Assembly (NCBI GenBank): GCA_963663965.2
Contig: CAXXFK010000013.1
Coordinates: forward strand, 160,001 to 224,000
Source of the DNA: Sedimentisphaerales bacterium
Lineage (GTDB): Bacteria > Planctomycetota > Phycisphaerae > Sedimentisphaerales > SM23-30
Direction of reading: 5' to 3'
DNA length: 64,000 nucleotides
Part shown: positions 33,401 to 41,728 of the stretch, piece after piece
How positions within the stretch are numbered: the first letter of the stretch is position 1
How the letters are laid out: every line of letters begins with the position of its first letter
Notes under the pieces: model-generated
What the model saw: the letters and a program-made list of their open reading frames with translations, nothing else
Databases searched by the model: none
Told to the model about the DNA's origin: nothing
Translations under genes and position numbers: made by a program

Positions 33401-34717
33401 GGATTATTGGATAAGGTGGGGGGGCTTTATATTCTGGAACATCGGGATTCGACCGCGGCATTGTTTACTTGTCAGACGCTTTCGGATCGTAACGCGATTC
33501 GAACTGCTCTTACCAAAGAGTCTTCGTTTCAAGTCGCCGGTTATATTGATGGACTGATTGGTCCGACCGGCAGCGGGTGGCTTTCATCGCTGGATGCATT
33601 CAAAAAAGCGTTTGAAGCCAATCAGATTGCGTTACCGACTCAATCGACGTTATCGTCCAGCAATAAGCCGGGCGATCCGTCTCCCAAACATCCAGATGAG
33701 TTGTCCGGCTGGGTTTGGATATCGAATGGTAACCGTGCTGTTGGAGCGGAAGTGTCTTACGCCACTCGTCAATGTACGGTTTATGTTGGTGATAAAGGCA
33801 AGTTGTCTGCCGGTTTTGGCTCAGGAAGTCATAAGTGTATTATTGCGATAACCGGGGCCAATGGTGAGTACAATCTGGGCAAATGGCCGAATTCTGATTT
33901 TACGTTAATTGTTACGCATGAATCCGGCTGGGCTAAGCTGGATTCCAGCGAACTGACTGGGAATATTGATATCGTTTTGAAACCCTGGGGCCGGATTGAA
34001 GGTGTGCTGGCGCCAGGACGAATGCCCACAGAAGGCAAAATTATCCTGAGTGAATTTCCGAATACCACCTGGCTGGATCATAAAGTGGACTTTAATTATG
34101 AAACGGGGCGTAATTATAATACCGGCCGATTCACCTTCGATTATCTTCCTGCCGGTATGTATGAAATCGGCTATCTGACAGCGACTGGTGATTTTTCATC
34201 CAGTTTAACCTGTCGTACCCCTGTAGAGGTGATTGGCGGCCGAGTCAGTTCCATGACCCTGGGCGGTTCCGGACGTGCCGTTGTGGGGCGATTTGTGCCA
34301 CCGGCCGGTTTTAACGGCACTCTCTACTTTGGCGAAGGAATTCGTACGTTGATCACGGCCAGTCCGCCGGAGCCTAAACCGCAAATCAGTCAGGAACTGT
34401 CTGTACAGGAACAGAATGATTTATATCAGCAATGGCGCCGGTCTCCGGAATTCGAACAATGGCGTCGAAGCTGGCAAAATGAGAAATGGCGTCAGTACGC
34501 CTTTAAAATCGAAAAAGATGGCGCCTTTCGGATCGACGATGTTATTCCCGGTTATTATAGTTTTTATGTCGAATTGAAGGAGCATCTGGCTAATGGACAA
34601 AATGCTAAGGTGCTCGGTGGATTTTACGGTAACATAACTGTACCAGCTGACGAAGATGAGTCCGAATCTCAACCGTTCGATACCGGTGATCTGGTTCTGG
34701 TTGGGACTAATGGCTAA
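24401..34717 (+). CDS. Giant BlaR1/peptidase M56 family signal transducer with repeated extracytoplasmic domains
   Basis: RY.LW.LVLVKL..PP; SPA..G..P.I..P; HELAHIRRGD; NPLLW; RE.AVDE; last TM near aa 400; then about 3000 aa of repeats, HEAT-like and carboxypeptidase-regulatory-like segments. Confidence 0.9.
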   Translation: MTYWIDILNRAGEYFCEYSLGILIQSSLLIVVLLVIDWLIRKRVRAVVRYCLWMLVLVKLVLPPTLCMPTGIGYWWAPDLITRQTTNKSIEEKLEAMETGETSPDTVTILPERTYFEKPTVIWPDAPVVDRGGEVSPPDPAGNVDMQEAVLAAPTTMDGDAFQGVQPVVQTVGISLDWPAVFMLLWVVGVVILGVLLVQRFLFVRSLIAQSRPAYGNELNDLIICCRQMGIRRPVELRLTANMLSPAACGLWHPVILMPDALLKDLTQDKLRSVLIHELAHIRRGDLWINFAQTLLQIVFFYNPLLWLANGIIRGIREKAVDEMVLTKLGDQAESYSRTLIDIAEIAFSRPHFSLRLVGVVESKSALKDRIRHIVSRPFPRSARIGLIGLMSVCALAVLLIPMAKGEKEFGFWSRGDYRVSLKNGTTVELVGVCKYPGESEQWWGPDGALLGMDIDIQLFSKWTFEEPDYGLVFRKTGDAEFNIFNIKGSSQTMRMLGIQPEELIGYRIPIDGRLNKTNVIIASPTGQWQTAYASSAIEGSSSGKLHGKNIIFAGVVKENDGLIFSCTDEVGYRNATRVIAIDHNGFEHVGIELTNTGIEGIRQRTVRFASLAGGEVDRIAFQTSPYEYHTFKNVALRPKPEESRKALPVPKDGLYENAKGSRNHKIKIGPTRFEVHTVARYDQKGNALIKNPDGTEKQEIDLSTPDYSEKVKWMDIARIYLAPVTARYDVIELRIFDHLTRELLSSETYPGLGYAIKDSVVTVWSMEKKLPESLDIWIRLLHNPDGQERFSLEPAIGSSVRIDGNTVRILDYAPGRYNWANGKRTQHHSEWDSSVTTIALDFDRSGNKNYQICAVGQDGKRVVPDFPHFIRPSNGMQIIEFGIRSDQIDHFEIRPFNGRDRFYFDDVRLPERIGKLAPMADCPPIATFRLVDKKASYLCHEDLYEAVLTVLPGIKVASIQSSALGFGTAYTTKPSEQGHNSVALQLTGAGIKSVSLVARDKAGNKIDLEPNYGHGSAVGSAFCCHYIETGIPVDDIQMIEVYAGEDASPRPVRQIDKLQNTAELQAKVDDSQSSQMEGDRDSHQIISNLFDTKIPDTVTNFKTTGSNPFSDVRIRFDIPVDDLKKVMLQSARFPALDAFQQDDQLADHLKNEPLVKDYPWWIPDELVDKVYSCWQFYQGDYASSMYSNITCGVGKLSDSMARVYIHSFSDMSVKQNPVKNQGVELGGLLCLLHADRSACLEGQAPVIKVTLRNTGKPETPIRPLMVTPSAEGFMLKIQKDDDVDIRVRPKKAPLPEMQLLPDSRVPEIEIPLDKNWYPRQKDIEGEQDLELTPGSYTVQVIAQAHGTLDSHKLVNYQVTSNPVEIDIIPADTIASMAFQHPFLSVTQQDVTAQLLGIRNWRTGEFWAVDGTMTAAPYGYVADWNPAEDPDCEAYDWYEFVVRLERPAYEDLGVIRWDFDHMLHSSSANSKPLLYKQDIHIGTVKLPYGTSETTLNLGLAVRPWQTVASGNHLGFYSAGDDTININYGTQFGLKRVPPGSNGHAILVTYTITDRQFRAIAIGKDGTMHESAFHGSGGTDSMRQTLAYFEELKARDVREYRFQIKPFDRFVFENIPLRPSRVTDKSQKGLAVLCYYAGTNPGHVGSYFLDLATGEQFNATGIYGNLSNARDFEKGDLIYNQGKIACVREAKIEKWENGTLTPAAIWPESLIRNDLKGSVAYYELEQVPAEYVVTTREGRRFHIQVLAADRRIACLEFWPDDTTVRTRDWSESVAKMIDVAGRWLKINRFDDAKLLADRLVELAPENPDTILLKGMCSVNDREELTKLYQLALTRYQASNNRIGEYLAQRLLGNSEQADQLIRHSQQNLASAGFAGLSSEQLEFYIINQSEPNEEVAADSGQNLVVELPDGGTLTLAGVARVSKNSKTWYSPDGRGRVSEKDTRPNYIPQPDGNSYEYRIRLDTPFNKQHKTSQIRWLYEPDPTSIYCLAHNWAEGVDQCDVRLQYPTEIKTANISLQLSNGPWATVGVNPPEPGKEFQEQFGIFSVIVFNTIDESDGGISIELRHPFQRLGHRLVAFDKSGQLRMPGTYRENQPGQVSVRFDGLTLDRVEKFEFQTQALTTVNFAEVALQDGVMTNPKVTLRQTANDPMAGENEISGVVYGPITDDTMDAYFKRLEAAESQDELDQLHASEPPRADRPAVSTLVRLQGQTLTRQTITRQMATNDKGEYHFSDLPMGWYQVSAEQTISGNLTGGNRKAVAQGNAQFNRTTLNRRVLPLHLRDDFVTVRGRVTDAEGNPIAGARVAGQTAPVENNGIGETDEQTRAFAPQNVSAVTNADGIYELSGLEPANVIAALRYLVNGGPGFELGHKFFLDMTVMAGEKNASTRATRRVPLVSQVTLYWARRYLEVANRTSEKPVVEKPDLPYPLPVSHGYRIINIDFILPEPGSSLPKSGESRTVMLPSSIKQALDLTSGRFVEVPMEALSSQEACLAYLKERTSGGVLFDHDGDISQLGFVNMTKISRNTEKQVGIDTMKFASNNTPQDLVVATSQDLRFQLTIIKATDEGCQLEYQLLADEAADPAKVWPEAVPDKSDGPADFEAYFPESEDGAQALETLWNDREKDLRDADEILETVRKGLRGYHGQGNIIGWVGNLFIWGKTPQNEKAIELMLHASDSPDRNLYGDAIYFGLSVTKNKTPAILQAMVAVAMKTEDYSVTGRILWGCDGQKDKLMTCLEPYQNSPDPAVRDKAQDVRDYFNDSKAFMAKREQQRIEILKKDYGDKLDDFKQTLLEGDSLSRKDLLQTFNSKGLMTIIDTSFLDGFQACLTDEDPSVRSQTARLIGGHFVWSAETQNQRVIDMMTELLADPVRQVRTEAVYFGLSTVRNPDKDLVSKLLATILDDREVNYYGRVIWGVKRNKQACIEVLQGWMDRDRYDTAQQAVKAYEIYEDVTEQPLPEQYAQQFTARKSNAHEGLVAMCYSPQKIDMDKETLSQMIIGKLSEAGLLDKVGGLYILEHRDSTAALFTCQTLSDRNAIRTALTKESSFQVAGYIDGLIGPTGSGWLSSLDAFKKAFEANQIALPTQSTLSSSNKPGDPSPKHPDELSGWVWISNGNRAVGAEVSYATRQCTVYVGDKGKLSAGFGSGSHKCIIAITGANGEYNLGKWPNSDFTLIVTHESGWAKLDSSELTGNIDIVLKPWGRIEGVLAPGRMPTEGKIILSEFPNTTWLDHKVDFNYETGRNYNTGRFTFDYLPAGMYEIGYLTATGDFSSSLTCRTPVEVIGGRVSSMTLGGSGRAVVGRFVPPAGFNGTLYFGEGIRTLITASPPEPKPQISQELSVQEQNDLYQQWRRSPEFEQWRRSWQNEKWRQYAFKIEKDGAFRIDDVIPGYYSFYVELKEHLANGQNAKVLGGFYGNITVPADEDESESQPFDTGDLVLVGTNG

Positions 34718-34834
34718 CTGCTTAGTTGCCAGTTTGATGAGTCAAACATCCCTGGCATACTTCTAGCCTTACTGGGAGATACAATGTTGGCTCTGCCAAA
34801 ACCTTGGCTGGAGTAGATGCCCAATGGCCTGACA

Positions 34835-36303
34835 TTAATCGGCGTTGAAGGGTTCTTCGTGTACTTCCAGCCCGAAGACATCGTAATGGCGAAAAGCGAT
34901 GGTGGGCTTGTTGTTTTTGCGGGTGATGTGGATGCCCAGGAAACCGCCTTTGACTCGTAAAAAACGATGTTGTGGCCGTTTATCCTCTGGATTCCAGCCT
35001 TCGGCATGACGATCGGAACCGGGGCCGGTGCTGAATTCCCATAAATGGGTATCGTCGAGATGGGTGACATATTGCCAGTGACGGTCGCCATTGACAATAA
35101 ACATTTTGTGTTTATCGATAAAAGCGCGTATTTCATCGCCTTCGTATTTGAAATTTTTATTGGAATAATTATCGTGTTTGTTATCGCGGTCAGGGCCAAG
35201 AATGGGGGTGGGAGTGATCAGGATTTTGAAGGTGGCGTCGGATTCTTGCACAGTTTTGAAAAACCAGGCTTTCTGTTCCGGTCCCCAGATGGTTTTTTCG
35301 GGGCCATCCGGCAAGGTATTGGGACTGCGATAGTTGCGTCCTTCAACGACCCAGAATTGCAGGTCTTTACCCCAGCGGACGGTTTGATAGGTTTTGTCCG
35401 CGGATGGGAACTGTTCCCGGTCGAAAATTTCACAGCCGCGTTCAAACGTAACCGAACCATACGTCTGGCCGGGCCAGCAGTCATCTTTGAGGGTGTCGTG
35501 GTCATCTTTCATGAAATAACAGGTATGATTGGTGTAAAAATCACGCTGGAAGGGCAGGGCAAACAGCCGGTTCCAGGTGAAACGCATCAGGGATTCGGTC
35601 CAGGCGTAGGGATAAGGTTTGTCGTAATATTCCACATCGCCGGTATGGACGAAAAAATCCGGTTTTAAGGCGGCTATGGAAGGGTAAATAAAGTGTCCGT
35701 GGGAATCCGCATCCCGGCGTGGGTAATCGTGACAGGTTACGATGACTGCATTTACATCGCAGGGGGTATCCGGATTGGGGGCCGTTTTGGAATCGCCCCG
35801 TGCATTGGCTGGTAATCGTCGAACTGCCAATTTTGCGGGCTTCCAGAAGTACCTGGTAGCTGGTACCGGGCTTGCAGGTTTGTGAGGGTCCACTGGGTGG
35901 TAAAATCTTTATCATTGTCGACCGCCTGCCAGGGGTATTGGGGCGCGTCTTTGGATTTTCCATCCAGCCAGTAACTCAGGCGAACTTCGCCGGGCATACC
36001 GGGGCAGGCGCCTTCCATGTCTTCAAGTGTCGCGCCTTCAGGCAGTTGCACGGCCAGTTGCCGGGCGGTATCGTTTGATTTGTTGAGTTGTTTAATTTCC
36101 TGTGACGATGGTAGTAAAAATGGTTTGCCATCGACATTCATCTCTGGATGTTTTGTCAGCCTGGTCCAGATTACGATGCTATGCTGATTTGCCCATCCGT
36201 TGTGGATGCCATTGCCAAAACAGGGGCCTTCTTCGGCATGGAGGTTATTAGTAATGAAAATGATACTCCAAAGTGCTAATATCCGTGTGATTTTGTTTTT
36301 CAT
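34835..36303 (-). CDS. Alkaline phosphatase D (PhoD) family, interrupted by two apparent +1 indels (~35875 and ~35787)
   Basis: Signal peptide, IVIWTRL, PDFFVHTGDVEYYD, KDDHD, GRNYRS, WGPEQKAW, GDRHWQY; the protein continues across three frames. Confidence 0.8.
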
Positions 36304-36472
36304 TGCAATGGCTCAACTTCTCTATGTTTAATAATCTTATGGTTTAACCGCATTAAACAATCGGTTCATTCCGTTCTATTTGGTAACGTTTCTGAGTTGT
36401 TTGATATTACCAACTCTATGCCCTGGTAAATCGAAAGTATTTTAACTCATGCTCTAATTAAGGAGAAATGAA

Positions 36473-37936
36473 GTGGATCGACGCTATTTTCTGAAATTAT
36501 CCGCCTGTTCGTTACTTCGGCGGCCATTCCGGCTGTGAGCCGGGCCCAATCGCCCAAAAAGCTCAATATGCTGTTTATTCTGGTGGATGACCTGGGATGG
36601 ACCGACCTGGGGTGTTTTGGCAGTTCGTTCTATGAAACGCCGAATCTGGATAAGTTCTGTACCGAGAGTATGAAATTTACCAACGCGTATGCCGCCTGTC
36701 CGGTTTGTTCGCCGACCCGGGCGAGTATTATGACGGGTAAGTATCCGGCGCGAACGGCTAATACGGACTGGTTTGGCGCGCCGCAAGCCGGAGGACGGCC
36801 AAGAACCACTGGACGCGCAATAAGCCGCTGCTGCCGGCTTCTTATTCGGAGAATATGGCGCTGGAAGAGGTGGACGCTGGCGGAGGGCTTTTAAAGCGGG
36901 TGGGTACTCGGACCTTTTTTGCCGGGAAATGGCATTTGGGTGAGACGGAAGCCTACTGGCCGGAACATCAGGGGTTTGATATCAACAAGGGAGGGCATTT
37001 TAAAGGATCGCCGCCGGGCGGTTTATTTTGCGCCGTGGGATAATCCGCGGCTGGAAAACGGGCCGGATGGAGAGCATCTGCCGGATCGGCTGGCCCGTGA
37101 GACGATTCAGTTTTATTCGTGAAAACCGGGATAAGCCGTTTCTGGCTTACCTGTCGTTTTATTCGGTGCATACACCGCTGCAGAGCCGGGAGGATCTGAA
37201 ACAGAAGTATCTGGATAAGAAGAAACGGCTGGGGCTGAAGGCCGGAATGGAAACCGGAAGGGGATCGGCAGGCGCGGCAGGTGCAGGAGCATGCTGTGTA
37301 CGCGGGGATGGTGGAGGCGATGGATCTGGCAGTGGGGAAGGTGCTGGATTACGATTACGGAGTTGGGGCTGGATGGTCAGACGGCAGTGTTTTTCATGTC
37401 TGACAATGGCGGGCTGTCGACTTCGGAAGGATCGCCCACTTCCAATTTGCCGTTGCGGGCGGGGAAGGGATGGCTGTATGAAGGCGGGATTCGTGAGCCG
37501 ATGATGATCCGGTGGCCGGGAGTGACGAAGCCGGGCAGTGTGTGTGAGGAGCCGGTGATCAGTACCGATTTTTATCCTACGATGCTGGAGATGGCGGGAT
37601 TACCCGGGCGGCCTGATCAGCATGTGGATGGTAAGAGTCTGGCTCCGTTACTACACGGCCGGCGGATGACGCGGGGGGCCGATCTACTGGCATTATCCCC
37701 ATTACGGCAACCAGGGTGGCGCGCCGGGTGCGGCGATACGTGAAGGTGACTGGAAGCTGATCGAATGGTTTGAGGATAATCGGCTGGAACTATATAATTT
37801 GAAAGATGATATTGGCGAACAGTATAACCTGGTATCGGCCAAGCCGCAGCTTGCCGGGAAGCTGCATCGGCAGCTTAAGGCCTGGCAAAAACAGGTTAAC
37901 GCACGTTTCCCAACTAAGAATCCTGATGCCCAATGA
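36473..37936 (+). CDS. Sulfatase (Cys-type) with Tat-like signal; multiple single-base frameshifts
   Basis: MDRRYFLK start after [56 protein letters not shown]. Fragmented ORFs. Confidence 0.8.
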
Positions 37937-38043
37937 CCTTTAGGGACCGGGCGAGCTTGATTTAAGCGTACCTTTTCTGTGCGGATGGAACTCTTTGGTT
38001 CAACCGTAAAGGGATTGTCTGGATTTTGATGGTTGGCGTTAGT

Positions 38044-38883
38044 TTATTTCTTAACCTCCTGGATGGGGATATCGGCCGGGGGTTTGGTGGGGATGCCGAG
38101 GGCGTGGAGGGCTTCTTCGCCGTTCTGCTGGGAGAAGGTGTTGAGGGCTTCGTAGCGATTGCAGGCGTAACTGAAGACCTGGTCGTCAGTTACGCTGTGG
38201 TCTTTCATCAATTCGGGGAGTCGGTCTTTGATGTATTCGGGGGCGAGTTTGGCTTCGCTGGGGTGTGTGGGGATTCTGGGGGGATCGGGGATGTGGACGC
38301 GGGGTAAATCGGGAAATGGGTACTCTGGCGGGTAGGCATTGGGTTCGTTTGGTTTTTGTTGTAATTGCAATTGTTGCAGGAGCTTAAGATTGGCCTGGAA
38401 GGTACGATTGAGGTGGGCTTCGTAGCGGGCCAGGCAGTTGAAGGCGGGGGTTTCGAGGGTGAAGGCGGTACCGACCTCGTTGTGACGTGGGAGATAGATA
38501 CTCGAATGGGCGAAGGGCTGGTCGATGACGGTGTCTTTACGGATTTCTTCGTTGGTGAGGCGGAGTTGGTAGACGCGGGCGTCGATCATTTCGGCTTCGA
38601 TACGGCCGAGTCGTTCGAGACGCCAGGCGGCCGAGACGATCTGGTCGGCGATGTGGCGCTGGAGGTAAGTTGTTGGTTTGAGATCTTGCAGCAGTGCGGC
38701 GCGGAACTCGAGGTAGGTGAGTTCGGATTCGCCGGGGACGATGAGGTGGGCGGGATCCTGGCCGCTGAGGCCGTGTTTGATGGCATTTTTGGATGAGATG
38801 GCCTTGCCTTCGGGGGTTTTGGGGCCGGTGGATTTCTGGGCGTTACGACGGTTGGCTCTGAGTCTTCTTAGGGAAGATGACAT
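38044..38883 (-). CDS. Hypothetical protein with N-terminal ANRRNAQKSTGPKTPEGK...NAIKHGL motif
   Basis: GGAGG RBS; strong C-ending codon bias; STGP.T.EG...KHG motif resembling HGGxSTG-type domains; WRL.R...E helical core; Pro-rich tail. Confidence 0.75.
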   Translation of the reverse strand: MSSSLRRLRANRRNAQKSTGPKTPEGKAISSKNAIKHGLSGQDPAHLIVPGESELTYLEFRAALLQDLKPTTYLQRHIADQIVSAAWRLERLGRIEAEMIDARVYQLRLTNEEIRKDTVIDQPFAHSSIYLPRHNEVGTAFTLETPAFNCLARYEAHLNRTFQANLKLLQQLQLQQKPNEPNAYPPEYPFPDLPRVHIPDPPRIPTHPSEAKLAPEYIKDRLPELMKDHSVTDDQVFSYACNRYEALNTFSQQNGEEALHALGIPTKPPADIPIQEVKK

Positions 38884-38938
38884 GGTAGTACCTCCTGTTT
38901 AGAAATTTAAAGTTTAGAATTTAAAATGCAAAATTGTG

Positions 38939-39588
38939 GTATCCGCCACAAGGCGGATGTTTTTTTTATTTTTCGTTAAGCTCGTTTCGTTGTTGGGGTT
39001 AGGGTGATATTTTTTGTCATTGGCTTTGTTTCGTTTTATGTTGGTATTCGCTGTGCTCATGGTTAGTTTTATCTATCTCTTTTGCGAGATATCCTGGCGG
39101 TACGCCTCTGCGAGGCGTGGATTAATCAAAGTAGCAAGCAGGAAGTAGCAAAGTTTTCCCGCCAATGAATTGGCGGGCTATGCGCTTTTGATCTCTTCGA
39201 GATATTATTTGTATCCGCCTTGAGGCGGATGAGTTTTTATTTTTTGTTAAGCTCATTTCGTTGGTGAGGTTAGGGTTATTATTTTCATCATTGGGTTTCC
39301 CGATAGATCGGGATTTCGCTGCGCTCAACGTTTTGTATTGGTATTCGCTGTGCTCATGGTTAGTTTTATTTTTCGCCTCCGGTGCGAAATCCTGTCGGTA
39401 CGCCTCTGCGAGGCGTGGGTTAAAAATTTCAATTTCATGTTCGTGACCCAGGGTGGCGCTCGTCCTGATGGATCGGGACTCGCTCTGGGCTATTTTATAC
39501 TTGCCCGTTGGGCTGCTTTGGGTATCCGTCCTCCTGAGGCGGACCTGCGGCCTTGAGGCGGATGATGTTTTTATTTTTCGTTAAGCTC
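38939..39588. repeat. Tandem composite repeat: two ~180-210 bp copies (38939-39120, 39211-39418) and a partial third (39522-39588), with REP-like hairpins
   Basis: Shared GTATCCG..GGCGGATG..TTTTTATTTTT.GTTAAGCTC; copies 1 and 2 also share TTGGTATTCGCTGTGCTCATGGTTAGTTTTAT and CGGTACGCCTCTGCGAGGCGTGG. Confidence 0.85.
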
Positions 39589-40024
39589 TATTCAAATTGG
39601 AAATCACAAGGCAAAGAATCCACCCACCAAGCTGCGCTTTGTTACGCTTGAAGGCGCCACGGTCTATGCGCAGAGGGTCTCCGCGGGCGTGGCCGGTTGG
39701 GGCGGGGCACGCCGGGGGTTGGCGGGTGGTTTGGGGCTATTAAGGCGACTTTGGTATTATAGACTGAGTTGCAGTCTGAGTCAAATTAAATATATTATTA
39801 TTATATTATCTAACATATTAATTGTTAATTTGTGTATTTGTTTTTGGTTTATCTTAGATGGAAAATTCGACGGACTTGATCTTAAGAGTTTGTTTTTAAA
39901 GATTTATGTTGATTTCAGGAGTTGTCAATAAAATAATATACTCTGTGATTTATAAAGACCACAATGGCTGATTGCGTGCTATCTCAAATCATTTCCAGAC
40001 AAATTATTATGTAGAAAGTCCTGT

Positions 40025-41439
40025 ATGAATAAAACAGCCTACCAACTCATCGTTTTTTTGATTATTGGACCTGGGTGTCTGGCCAATGGCGCTTTGGCAA
40101 AAATTGAGCCGGCAAAACCCAACATTGTCATTATTGTCGCGGATGACCTGGGGTGGGGAGATGTCGGTTTTCATGGAAGCCAGATAAAAACCCCCAACAT
40201 TGACACACTGGCAGAAACTGGAATCGTTCTGGATCGATTTTATGTCGCCCCGGTTTGCACACCCACCCGGGCCGGATTATTAACCGGTAAATACCCCAAT
40301 CGCTTCGGAGTAAGAGAGGTGGTCATTCCACCTTGGCGCGATTTTGGAATCGCGCCGGAAGAGGTGTTTCTGCCTGAGGAACTGGCCAGGGCGGGTTATA
40401 AGAACCGGGCCATTATCGGCAAATGGCATCTGGGACATTCGAGCAGGAAATACTATCCACTGAACCAGGGATTTACCCATTTTTATGGTCATCTCAACGG
40501 CGCGATCGACTATTTCACGCATGAACGGGAAGGCGAATTGGACTGGCACAACGACTGGGAGAGTTCGTACGACAGGGCTACTCAACCGATCTGCTCGCGG
40601 GTCACGCGGTCCAATGCATTAACGAATATTCCAAAGAGGGGCCGTTTTTCCTGTATGTTGCCTTTAACGCGCCGCACAGCCCATTCCAAGCCAAGGATGA
40701 AGACCTTGAACTTTATGGTTTTGACAAAAGCAAACCGCGCTTTGGCAGAGGCGATACACGAGGGCATGGCAATACCATTCAACAAACCTATTCGGCCATG
40801 GTGACGGCCATGGATCGTGGGGTAGGCGAAATTCGCGAGGCATTAAAAACAAAAGGATTGGATGAAAACACCCTCCTGTTGTTTTTCAGCGATAATGGCG
40901 CCGACACGGAGGGTGGCGGGGGATCGTGCGCGCCATTGAGGGGGCAGAAGTTTTATGAGTTCGAAGGGGGTGTGCGCGTGCCGGCATTAATGTCCTGGCC
41001 GGCACGATTGAAAGGGAGCCGGAAAATCGATCAGGTTACCGGTTTTTGTGGATGTCATGCCGACGATTCTGGAGATGGTCGGCATGAAATCGGAGGTGGC
41101 ATTCGATGGAATCAGTATGGCTGCCGTATTGACCGGCGAGCAGGAAAAAATCGACCGGGAGTTGTATCTTGGACTGGGGGCTGCGGTAACCAATGACTGG
41201 AAATTTATTGAAAAGGGTCATAACAATCGAATCAAGATCCGATGTTGACTTGTTGTTCGAAATCAGTCAAGATCCATCTGAGCATTGGAACCTGATTACC
41301 CAAAACCAGGCAGAAGCAATGGCGCTGAAAGAATTTGTCAGCCAATACGATGCCATTGTGGCCCCCGGCAGTATTGCCGCCTTTTAATGAGGGGAAAGAT
41401 GGTTTTAAGGCGCCGAAAGAATGGAAAGTTGAGAATTAG
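40025..41439 (+). CDS. Arylsulfatase (ARSB-like, Cys-type); several single-base frameshifts
   Basis: Signal peptide; PNIVIIVADDLGWGD; CTPTRAG; GKWHLG; FNAPHSP in an alternate frame; FFSDNG; EGGVRVP. Confidence 0.8.
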
Positions 41440-41445
41440 ATAATC

Positions 41446-41640
41446 TCAGGGCGGTCAAGCCGCAACCAAAGAAGAAATAGTTCACACAAAGCCACTAAGC
41501 CACGAAGATAAACAGCCATTTAGACAGGATAATCCCGATCCCGATGGCTCGGGATTTCGCCTTGCTCAATATCCGGGACTTTCAGCTGATCGACAGGATA
41601 AAAAGCTTGTTAAGAAAACAAAGAAATAATGGATTGTAGT
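41446..41640. repeat. Composite nested-hairpin dispersed repeat, copy 1
   Basis: Core 41511-41589 matches 58066-58144 at 77/79; flanks are also similar. Confidence 0.88.
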
Positions 41641-41728
41641 ACAGAAGAATTGAAATAAAATATAATTCACCGTGGAAGTGGAGGTAGTGGAGAAACAGCC
41701 TGATATTAAAAAATATAACAGCCGTTTT

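Noticed and set aside
23951..34717. Beta-lactam resistance locus
   Set aside because: No beta-lactamase, PBP2a or penicillin-binding sensor domain was recognised; only the regulatory architecture is shared.
39122..39931. Short ORFs within the repeat block
   Set aside because: They are translations of repeats and hairpins, with no RBS or coding bias.
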